In this document: in pieces, positions 1 to 7,596 of the stretch
Layout of the letters: every line of letters starts with the position of its first letter
How positions within the stretch are numbered: position 1 is the stretch's first letter
DNA from: Chlamydiales bacterium
Lineage (GTDB): Bacteria > Chlamydiota > Chlamydiia > Chlamydiales > JAAKFR01
DNA length: 31,175 bases
Assembly (NCBI GenBank): GCA_044869735.1
Contig: JBIOXR010000105.1
Location: forward strand, 1 to 31,175
Direction of reading: 5' to 3'
The notes under the pieces: model-generated
What the model saw: the letters and a program-made list of their open reading frames with translations, nothing else
The model's database searches: none
What the model was told of the DNA's origin: nothing
Position numbers and translations under genes: made by a program

Positions 1-2
1 TA

Positions 3-515
3 AAAAAAGGGGTCTGCTTTGGCGAATGTGCCCTTCTCTTCCTTCTTGCAAAAGAGTTTCCCGAGGAGCCCATGGAGAGAATTTTAGAGCGTCTGAACGA
101 CGGTTACAACGTTCATCAACTCGGTTATTATCAAACTTTAATCGAACTACGCATTTTTTTTCAGGAGGAAAACTCCGCCATTCAAGAGTGTTTTCCATTT
201 GAAAAACCCGAACCTCTTGGATCAAACAACCTCAGAGAGCAACTGCGAGCAAACATTACCTCCTCTGACCAGGTTCTCTTCGTCTACAATGAATCCGAAG
301 GGCATGTCCTTTTTTTACGCATCAATCCCGAAAAAGAACTCTTCTGTTTTTATGACCCAGCCATTGAGGGTGGATATTATTCTTTTGAATCGGAAAAAAA
401 ACTTTTAAAAGCTTTCACTACTTTCTACAGAGCAAACTATTCTACAAAAAAAGAGACTTGGATCGAGTCTTATTCCCTCAAAGAAGTAGAAAGCACGGAG
501 AGCGATTCAGATTAG
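3..515 (+). CDS. 5'-truncated YopT/AvrPphB-like (peptidase C58-like) cysteine protease, candidate effector
   Basis: The frame of the 72..515 ORF is open back to the window edge and reads KKGVCFGECALLF (Cys at 15-17). Downstream are EGHVLFL (His 303-305) and FYDPAIEGGYYSF (Asp 354-356), giving the C...H-x16-DP arrangement of C58 papain-like proteases. The start lies outside the window. Confidence 0.6.
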   Translation, partial: KKGVCFGECALLFLLAKEFPEEPMERILERLNDGYNVHQLGYYQTLIELRIFFQEENSAIQECFPFEKPEPLGSNNLREQLRANITSSDQVLFVYNESEGHVLFLRINPEKELFCFYDPAIEGGYYSFESEKKLLKAFTTFYRANYSTKKETWIESYSLKEVESTESDSD

Positions 516-607
516 AATCGACTATAGCCCCTTCCTTTTTTCTTGCCTTTAGAAAGAGGTCTGGGTTATTCTTTTTGTCTTTATGATCTTTTCTTTTGGG
601 GACACTT

Positions 608-1327
608 ATGGCTGAGGCACCTATTTCGCCATCAATACGCAAAGAATTAGCCTCTTTTTTGAAAGAACAAAAAAAGCCTGAACTGCTCACAGCCTATCTT
701 TTTTTTGTGGAAAAAAAATTTAATTTAAAACCTGTTGCCTCTCTACGCGACAAGCTCATTTATAAAAATAGCGAAGATGCGGTGGAAAAACTAGAAAAAG
801 AGGGGAAAATCTGGCGCGAGACAGAAATAAAAATAGGGATAGGTCCTCCTTCAGTTAATGAAGAAACCAAAAAAATTTATATTTGTCCTTTTACAGGGAA
901 GGTATTTGGAGATAATACGCACCCAAATCCTCAAGATGCCATCTACGATTGGGTCTCGAAATGCCCCGAAAATACCGAAAGGAGTGGTGGTGTGAAAGCC
1001 AAGCGCTTTTTTGTTTCAGAAGATCCCGAAGTGATCAAAAACTACATCAAACCCACCAAAGAACCCCTCACGAAAATTGTATTCTCTTCCGCTGCTTCTG
1101 GCAAACTTTATCAAACAAAAGATGCTATCATAGAAGAGTTTAAGAACGATTATCTCAAACCGATGACTTTGGTGCAGGTTCAAAATCAGAACCGATTTCA
1201 AATGGAAGGGGAATTGCTCGAGTTTGTCCAAGGTCAACTCCAAGAAGAAAAGATCACCCGTTTTGTCGAAGGGTTGGCAGAACACGAAGAGTTTTTACCC
1301 TATGTCACTAAATGGGTAGAAGGGTGA
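608..1327 (+). CDS. Conserved chlamydial hypothetical protein (DUF2709-like)
   Basis: Motif YICPFTGKVFGDNTHPNPQDAIYDWVSKCPEN resembles the Chlamydiota-restricted DUF2709 family as I recall it. It lies directly upstream of tsaE-dnaQ. ATG at 608 preferred over 596. Confidence 0.7.
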   Translation: MAEAPISPSIRKELASFLKEQKKPELLTAYLFFVEKKFNLKPVASLRDKLIYKNSEDAVEKLEKEGKIWRETEIKIGIGPPSVNEETKKIYICPFTGKVFGDNTHPNPQDAIYDWVSKCPENTERSGGVKAKRFFVSEDPEVIKNYIKPTKEPLTKIVFSSAASGKLYQTKDAIIEEFKNDYLKPMTLVQVQNQNRFQMEGELLEFVQGQLQEEKITRFVEGLAEHEEFLPYVTKWVEG

Positions 1328-1764
1328 TTTTCACCTCGTTTTCTCCCGAAGAGACGCTTGCTTTTGGTAAAAGAGTAGGAGAGCACGCTCCTTTAGGTAC
1401 CGTTTTTTCTTTTTTTGGTGATCTTGGGTCGGGAAAAACTACTTTCATCAAAGGGATTCTCTCTGGAGTAGGAATAGATCCAGAGGAGATCACGAGCCCT
1501 ACCTTTACCTATATGCATAGTTTTACATCAAAAAAGAATCCCGCCATCTCGATCTACCATTTTGATCTCTACAGACTTAAAACAACTGAGGACTTCATCA
1601 CATTGGGTTTTCATGAATATTTACAAGAAGAAGGAGCCATCTGTTGTATTGAATGGAGCGACAAGATCGCTTCCCTCCTCCCTAAAAACACCATCTCGTT
1701 AACTCTCTCCTACCAAAACACCACCCAAAGAATCATCGAAGGTAATATTCCATGGCTCTCTTAA
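1312..1764 (+). CDS. tsaE: tRNA threonylcarbamoyladenosine biosynthesis ATPase TsaE (YjeE)
   Basis: Walker A GDLGSGKTTF, plus SPTF, HFDLYRL and IEW motifs; 150 aa. Confidence 0.95.
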   Translation: MGRRVIFTSFSPEETLAFGKRVGEHAPLGTVFSFFGDLGSGKTTFIKGILSGVGIDPEEITSPTFTYMHSFTSKKNPAISIYHFDLYRLKTTEDFITLGFHEYLQEEGAICCIEWSDKIASLLPKNTISLTLSYQNTTQRIIEGNIPWLS

Positions 1765-2504
1765 AAGATGAAGTTTTTGTCTGCCTAGATACCGAAACTA
1801 CGGGCCTAGATCCGCACAAAGATCGCATTGTCGAAGTTGCTGTTTGCACATTTAATTTTCAAGGGATTATCGAAAGCTTTGCATCGCTTATCGACCCCGA
1901 ATGCCCCATCTCAGAAACCTCTCTAGAAATTCATCGCATCACTCCAGAAATGTTGCAAGGGAAACCTAAAATTGAAGAGGTCCTTCCGCAAATTCTGAAG
2001 ATCATTAACCGAAAAATCATCGTGGGCCATGGGATTGGTTTTGATCTAGCTTTGCTCATCAATGCCGCAAAAAGGCACTCTTTACCCCACGGTCTCTCTT
2101 TACTCACGCTCATCGATACCCTACGCCTTGCAAGGTACTATGGGAATAGTCCTAATAATTCTCTCGAAAATCTCGGTAAACATTTCAATGTGCCTGTAGA
2201 TGAGACTCATAGAGCGATGAGCGACGTGATGACAAACATTGAAGTATTTAAACATCTGGCCAAGGGGTTCCGCACAACCGAAGAGCTGTTAAAGCTTCTT
2301 TCACGCCCGATCAGAATGAAAGTTATGCCTCTTGGAAAATACAAAGGAAGACTCTTTTCCGAAATTCCCCAGCAGTATCTCGAACACGCGGCTTCGTTGG
2401 ATTTTGATCAGGACCTTCTCTATAGCATCCGCGTTGAACTTAAGAACAGGAAAAAGGGAAACGGATTTACTCAATCCGCAAATCCATTTCTCACATTGGA
2501 ATAA
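1752..2504 (+). CDS. dnaQ: DEDDh 3'-5' exonuclease (DnaQ/Pol III epsilon-like) with small C-terminal MPLGKYKG domain
   Basis: ExoI LDTETTG, ExoII GHGIGFD, ExoIII HRAMSD; C-terminal MPLGKYKG...IPQQYL module. Confidence 0.85.
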   Translation: MALLKDEVFVCLDTETTGLDPHKDRIVEVAVCTFNFQGIIESFASLIDPECPISETSLEIHRITPEMLQGKPKIEEVLPQILKIINRKIIVGHGIGFDLALLINAAKRHSLPHGLSLLTLIDTLRLARYYGNSPNNSLENLGKHFNVPVDETHRAMSDVMTNIEVFKHLAKGFRTTEELLKLLSRPIRMKVMPLGKYKGRLFSEIPQQYLEHAASLDFDQDLLYSIRVELKNRKKGNGFTQSANPFLTLE

Positions 2505-2523
2505 GCCCCCTGCCCGTGCCCGT

Positions 2524-3183
2524 TTAAGGCGAGAGGCGGCTCCTCACCCACTGCCCGTTAGCTTTGACATAGACGAGTCGGTCGTGTAAGCGGTTTTTTC
2601 TACCTTGCCAAAATTCTAACCGATCGGGAATGAATCGGTATCCTCCCCATTGAGGGGGATAAGGTATTTTCTGCTTCTGGAATTTGTTTTTAAAAAAGGC
2701 GTAGGCCGCTTCCAATGCTTCTCGATCGACTAGTGGAGTACTTTGTTGAGAAGCCCAAGCTGCGATTTGAGCACCTCGTGGCCTTTTAGCAAAGTAGTTG
2801 CGAGAGACTTTCACCGTTGTTTTTTCCACCACCCCTTCTACCACGACTTGGCGGTAAATTTCCTTCCACCAAAAGCAAAGAGAAGCCGCGTGATTGTGCG
2901 ATAGTTGACCCGCTTTACGACTCGTATAATTGGTATAAAAAATAAACCCCCCTTCTTTATCTATCCCTTTTAACAACACTGTGCGCGAAGAGACTCTGCC
3001 CGAAGGAAGGGCAGTGCTAAGCACCATCCCATTGGGCTCCATGACCCCTGCAGTGATAGCCTCTTTTAACCATAGGGAAAACTGTTGCAGGGGATCAAAA
3101 AAAGCCTCCTCTTCTAAAAGGGGGGTGTTCCCGTATTCTTTCCTTATTCTTTCGAGAAAACTTTTTTTTACTGGATGAACCAC
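2524..3183 (-). CDS. pdxH: Pyridoxine/pyridoxamine 5'-phosphate oxidase
   Basis: SSRTVLLK, FYTNYTSRKA and EFWQGRKNRLHDR motifs. Confidence 0.95.
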   Translation of the reverse strand: MVHPVKKSFLERIRKEYGNTPLLEEEAFFDPLQQFSLWLKEAITAGVMEPNGMVLSTALPSGRVSSRTVLLKGIDKEGGFIFYTNYTSRKAGQLSHNHAASLCFWWKEIYRQVVVEGVVEKTTVKVSRNYFAKRPRGAQIAAWASQQSTPLVDREALEAAYAFFKNKFQKQKIPYPPQWGGYRFIPDRLEFWQGRKNRLHDRLVYVKANGQWVRSRLSP

Positions 3184-3226
3184 ACTTCAATTGATATACG
3201 TAAAGAAAGATTTTGGAAAATAAAAA

Positions 3227-4426
3227 GTGGCTAAACTTAGCGTAAAGGATCTCCCTATCCAAGGGAAAAAAGTACTCGTTCGGGTCGATTACAACGTGCC
3301 TCTCGACAACGATCTCCATGTAATCGATGCAACCCGGATAAAAGAGACAGCACCCACTATAAATTTTATTTTAGAACAAGGAGGCTCTGTCATTCTCATG
3401 AGCCATTTGGGTCGACCGGAAGGAGAGGTTGATCCCGAGCTCTCTTTAGCGCCATGCGCAAAAGCACTGGAAGCCTTCCTCAAACGGCCTGTTATTATGG
3501 CTCCCAATTCCCTTGGAGAAAAAACGAGCCTAGTAGTGGAAAAACTCGTTCCTGGCCAGGTGGTGCTCCTCGAAAATCTCCGGTTTCACCGGGCTGAGGA
3601 GTTTCCCGATGAAGACCCTTCGTTTGCGAAAAAATTAGCCCTTTACGGAGATTTATACGTCAACGATGCCTTTGCCGCGTGCCACAGGAAGCATAGCTCT
3701 ACGTATACGATTGCCCCCTATTTTAAAGGCAAAGCAGCCGCAGGATTTCTCTTGGAAAAAGAGATCCAAAATCTAAATCTTCTTCTCATTTCTCCCCAAC
3801 GCCCCTTTTATGCCCTTATCGGAGGGGCGAAAATCTCCTCAAAGATCGGAGTTTTAAAATCATTACTTTACAAAATCGATGCTCTTTTTTTAGGAGGGGG
3901 CATGGCTTTTAACTTTCTCAAAGTTAGAGGAGTTGATGTTGGGGCTTCCCTGGTTGAGGACTCCCTTCTTTCTGCCGCAGAGGAAATCATTGAGTTGGCT
4001 AACAACCGCGGAATTCCCCTGATTCTACCTGTTGATTTTATGGTCTCTAATCTGGCTAGCGATGAGGGAGTTATCTCTTTGGTTGATTTAAAAAAAGGTT
4101 TTAACAAAAGCGATATTGGCCTCGATATTGGCCCCCAAACGATCTCACTTTTTAGAGACAAACTGCAAGATGGTAAAACAATTTTTTGGAATGGTCCGTT
4201 AGGAGTGTATGAGTTTCCGGTTTTTGCCAAAGGGACCCAAGCTATTGCCAAAACCCTAGGCAATCTTAAGGCTACGACATGTGTCGGAGGAGGAGATTTA
4301 GTTGCCGCCATTCAAGACACAGGGGTTGCAGACAAAATCACTCACATCTCCACGGGCGGTGGGGCCACTTTGGAATATATCGAAAAGGGAACTTTGCCCG
4401 GGATTGAAGCTCTTACAGATAGATAA
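3227..4426 (+). CDS. pgk: Phosphoglycerate kinase
   Basis: RVDYNVP, MSHLGRP, LLENLRFH and STGGGATLE motifs; GTG start. Confidence 0.98.
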   Translation: MAKLSVKDLPIQGKKVLVRVDYNVPLDNDLHVIDATRIKETAPTINFILEQGGSVILMSHLGRPEGEVDPELSLAPCAKALEAFLKRPVIMAPNSLGEKTSLVVEKLVPGQVVLLENLRFHRAEEFPDEDPSFAKKLALYGDLYVNDAFAACHRKHSSTYTIAPYFKGKAAAGFLLEKEIQNLNLLLISPQRPFYALIGGAKISSKIGVLKSLLYKIDALFLGGGMAFNFLKVRGVDVGASLVEDSLLSAAEEIIELANNRGIPLILPVDFMVSNLASDEGVISLVDLKKGFNKSDIGLDIGPQTISLFRDKLQDGKTIFWNGPLGVYEFPVFAKGTQAIAKTLGNLKATTCVGGGDLVAAIQDTGVADKITHISTGGGATLEYIEKGTLPGIEALTDR

Positions 4427-4428
4427 TC

Positions 4429-4457
4429 TTGCTGATTAAAACTTAATCCTTTATAAT
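4429..4457 (+). promoter_or_regulatory. Putative sigma66/sigma70-type promoter P1 upstream of the NTT gene
   Basis: TTGCTG (4429-4434), 17-nt spacer, TATAAT (4452-4457). Confidence 0.6.
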
Positions 4458-4476
4458 AGTAGTGAGCGTTAAGCGG

Positions 4477-4505
4477 TTCCAAATAATTACAAGGTACATT
4501 ATAAT
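4477..4505 (+). promoter_or_regulatory. Putative sigma66/sigma70-type promoter P2 upstream of the NTT gene
   Basis: TTCCAA (4477-4482), 17-nt spacer, TATAAT (4500-4505). Confidence 0.55.
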
Positions 4506-4568
4506 GCGACTTTGTTGGGGCTTTGATAAGATGTTTCTCTTGAATTCTCCTTACCCCAGAAGGGTGTA

Positions 4569-6146
4569 ATGAGTATGGCGGGAATCAAGCCGATTTTTTC
4601 TTACCTGCGTACTCTTTTCTGGCCAGTCTATGGCCATGAGATGCGTAAGTTCTTACCCCTTTTCGTTCTAGCCTTCTTCATTGGATTTAACTACAACATC
4701 TTACGAAATGTCAAAGACGCCCTTTTGGTGACTGCTGAATCGTCGGGCGCCGAAGTCATTCCTTTTATTAAAGTTTGGGGAATGGTTCCGGGCGCGATCC
4801 TAATGACCTATATCTATAGCCGCTTAAGCAATCGATTGCGCCGAGATAAGGTCTTTTATACGATGATTAGCCTTTTCCTCGCTTTCTTCGCTTTCTTCGC
4901 CTTTGTCCTCTTTCCCATCCGAGAACAACTCCACCTCCATGCGGCGGCTAATTTCTTGCAAGCTCACCTCCCCGTTGGATTTAAAGGTTTGATCGCCATG
5001 CTCCGTTACTGGAGCTTTAGTAGCTTTTATATCATGAGCGAACTCTGGAGCAGCACCATCTTATCTATGCTCTTTTGGGGGTTTGCCAATGAGATTACTA
5101 AGCTTGGGGAGGCGAAACGATTTTATGCCCTCATTGCCATTGGGTTAAACCTTGCTGCCATCTCGTCGGGACAAACAGGAGTTCTCTTTGGCAGTTCTTT
5201 CCTCCACTCGCTCTTCCCTCTATCGACAAATCCATGGGAACAGACCCTGTACTCTCTGACTACGATTGTTCTCGCCTCAGGAGTCGCTATCCTGATTCTC
5301 TATCGTTATATCGTACGTAAGGTTCTCACCCCTTCAGAGTACATCGAAGCGAAACAACCGGACCAAAAAGAGGGCGATGCCCCCATCAAAATGTCTCTTC
5401 GGGAAAATTTCTCTTACTTGGCTAAATCGAAATACCTCATCAACGTTGCGATCATTGTCCTTGCCTATAATTTGTTGATCAATCTGATCGAGGTGATCTG
5501 GAAAGATCAAGTGAGTCAACTCTACCCCAATCCCAACGATTTTAATGCCTACATGAGTCAGATCACGACCGTCACGGGGATTATTTCTCTCTTTACCTCG
5601 CTTTTTCTCTCTGGCCTCTTTATTCGCAAGTGGGGTTGGACGTTTACCGCCTTGATTACGCCTATGATCCTTTTGGCTACGAGCATTGGATTTTTCACCT
5701 TTTTCTTTGGAAAAGAGCACCTCATGGGGATCGTGACACTTCTAGGCACCTCTCCATTAGCTCTAATAGTTTTCTTTGGATCGGCCCAAAACTGCCTCTG
5801 TCGTGGGGCAAAATATACTCTCTTTGATGCCACCAAGGAAATGGCCTTTATCCCGCTCAATTATGAATCCAAACTCAAAGGGAAGGCAGCTATCGATGGC
5901 ATCGGCTCGAGACTCGGAAAATCGTGTGGATCTCTCATCCATCAAGGACTTCTCATGGTGTTTTCCACCATTTCGGCAAGCGCCCCCTACGTTGCCTCTT
6001 TCCTCTTAGTAATTTTCTCTTGCTGGCTCGTCGCGGTTCGTTCCTTGGGCAAGCAATTTAACGCCTTGACAACAGGCAGCCCTTCGACCCCTTCTCTACC
6101 AGAAGTTAAAGAGAGAGTCGCAGAGACTACTGCCGTGGTTTCTTAA
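4569..6146 (+). CDS. TLC-family nucleotide transporter (NTT), Npt2-like
   Basis: About 12 hydrophobic segments; GAEVIPFIKVWG, SELWSS, FWGFANEIT, EAKRFY, KEMAFIPL and KGKAAID motifs. SELWSS and GLNL match Npt2 as I recall it, rather than Npt1 (SELWGS, GANV). Confidence 0.92.
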   Translation: MSMAGIKPIFSYLRTLFWPVYGHEMRKFLPLFVLAFFIGFNYNILRNVKDALLVTAESSGAEVIPFIKVWGMVPGAILMTYIYSRLSNRLRRDKVFYTMISLFLAFFAFFAFVLFPIREQLHLHAAANFLQAHLPVGFKGLIAMLRYWSFSSFYIMSELWSSTILSMLFWGFANEITKLGEAKRFYALIAIGLNLAAISSGQTGVLFGSSFLHSLFPLSTNPWEQTLYSLTTIVLASGVAILILYRYIVRKVLTPSEYIEAKQPDQKEGDAPIKMSLRENFSYLAKSKYLINVAIIVLAYNLLINLIEVIWKDQVSQLYPNPNDFNAYMSQITTVTGIISLFTSLFLSGLFIRKWGWTFTALITPMILLATSIGFFTFFFGKEHLMGIVTLLGTSPLALIVFFGSAQNCLCRGAKYTLFDATKEMAFIPLNYESKLKGKAAIDGIGSRLGKSCGSLIHQGLLMVFSTISASAPYVASFLLVIFSCWLVAVRSLGKQFNALTTGSPSTPSLPEVKERVAETTAVVS

Positions 6147-6679
6147 TCGGATTTCTTATTTTCCTGCTGCTGTTCTTTTAGAAAAATTCTACGGTACTTA
6201 AAAATTAATTCAAAAAAGGCAAAAACTGCCATTACCGTAAAAAAGAGATAGATATAACCAGTAAAGACGAAACTGCATGAAAGACCGAGTAAAATGACGA
6301 ATTGAGCAAAAGTGGTCATTTTCCCCCAAAAGATGGCGCTCCATTCATATTTTTTCCACCCTCCCACGCAAAGCAGATAGACACCGAAACAACAAATAGC
6401 TATTTCTCTAGAAAGGAAGGCGAGGAGTTCCATATCGGTAAGTCTTTTTTCTAAAAAAAAGACTCCGCTGGCAAAAAAGATGAAAAAACGGTCCATCAGA
6501 GGATCGAGAATAGCTCCGAATTGGCTTGCTGTCTTTGTCTTCCTCGCTATAAAGCCATCGAGGAAATCGGTCAAAGCAGCGAGAAGCGTGGCAACTAAGC
6601 GGATAGCGACGTTAGATTGTAGAAAAGCGAATGCAAAGCTTGCTCTTGAAAGCGATAAGACATTCGAAAAAGTTAACAT
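6143..6679 (-). CDS. pgsA: CDP-alcohol phosphatidyltransferase (PgsA-like)
   Basis: Signature TDFLDGFIARK...FGAILDPLMD. Confidence 0.85.
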   Translation of the reverse strand: MLTFSNVLSLSRASFAFAFLQSNVAIRLVATLLAALTDFLDGFIARKTKTASQFGAILDPLMDRFFIFFASGVFFLEKRLTDMELLAFLSREIAICCFGVYLLCVGGWKKYEWSAIFWGKMTTFAQFVILLGLSCSFVFTGYIYLFFTVMAVFAFFELIFKYRRIFLKEQQQENKKSD

Positions 6680-7299
6680 TAATCGATTTCTTTTTCTGTT
6701 CGGGCCCTTTTTCTTTTATACCAAACGAAGAGAAAAGTTGCGATGGCAAAAACAGCAAAAATCGCAATATTGATTTTTGTAATTAAATGAGAGAAAAGCC
6801 ATTCACTTTTCCCAAAGTAATAGGCCAAAGAAAAAACAGCAGCTGTAGAGAAAAGGCATGCAAATAAATCGACGATTAAAAATTTCCCTAAACGCATTTT
6901 CCCCATTCCCGCCGTTAAAAAAAGAGGGTAACGGAATCCAAAAGGGATAAACCGCCCAAGGATGAGAGTTGTAATCCCATGCTTTTCATAATGTTGGCGA
7001 ATCCACTCCACTCTATCTTTACTAATGATCTTGGAAAACCACTTCAGTTTCAATAGCGGTGGACCTAACTTTCTGCCAGTAGAATAGACTAAAATATCTG
7101 CGATAAAAGCACCAAAATAGATGGCAGCATAGATCTTCCAGATGTTATCGGGGACGATTGTGCCAGCTAAAACACCTCCGCCAATGATGACGAGATCTTC
7201 ACTAATAGGCAGGCTTAATCCTGCCATAACTAACAAACAGAAAATTACATAGTGTGCAGCTTCGGCATGAGAGATGATAAAATTGAAAAGTGTTTCCAT
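6679..7299 (-). CDS. DedA-family membrane protein
   Basis: LPISEDLVII.GG and LGRFIPFGFR motifs; hydrophobic; 206 aa. Confidence 0.9.
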   Translation of the reverse strand: METLFNFIISHAEAAHYVIFCLLVMAGLSLPISEDLVIIGGGVLAGTIVPDNIWKIYAAIYFGAFIADILVYSTGRKLGPPLLKLKWFSKIISKDRVEWIRQHYEKHGITTLILGRFIPFGFRYPLFLTAGMGKMRLGKFLIVDLFACLFSTAAVFSLAYYFGKSEWLFSHLITKINIAIFAVFAIATFLFVWYKRKRARTEKEID

Positions 7300-7420
7300 A
7301 TTTTTTTAAATATATCACAAAAAAAGAAATTGAAAAACAAAGAAATCAAATTTTGTTCAATTAACAAAATTAAGTAATTCATTTGATGTAAAAAATAATT
7401 TTATTTTTTATTCTATAGAT

Positions 7421-7584
7421 AGAGACGTTCGTTGAATGAAACAAGTAGCGATTTTTGATGGATTTTTTTTCCCATTTTGCATGCGTTCCGAAGGACATAC
7501 TTGAATAAGTAGGCCAAGGAATGCATGTAAAATGGGGAAAAAAAGACGCAAAAACCGCTCTTGTCTCATTCAACGAACGTCTCT
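7421..7584. repeat. Palindromic intergenic element, copy 1 (164-bp rod-like inverted repeat, MITE/ERIC-like architecture)
   Basis: Perfect 19-bp terminal IR AGAGACGTTCGTTGAATGA (7421-7439) / TCATTCAACGAACGTCTCT (7566-7584). Near-continuous pairing runs inward to the apical TACTT-GAAT-AAGTA (7498-7511). The 27-nt core at 7492-7518 is identical to the reverse complement of 26697-26723. Confidence 0.9.
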
Positions 7585-7596
7585 TAGGGTACCTAA

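Noticed and set aside
7421-7584. 6S RNA or SRP RNA (long rod-like hairpin)
   Set aside because: No large central bubble and no SRP GGAA-loop motif recognisable; it is multicopy with different outer arms.
7421-7586. Exact TA target-site duplication around copy 1
   Set aside because: The left flank gives TA|GAGACG but the right reads CGTCTC|TTA, one base off, so a clean duplication cannot be claimed for this copy.
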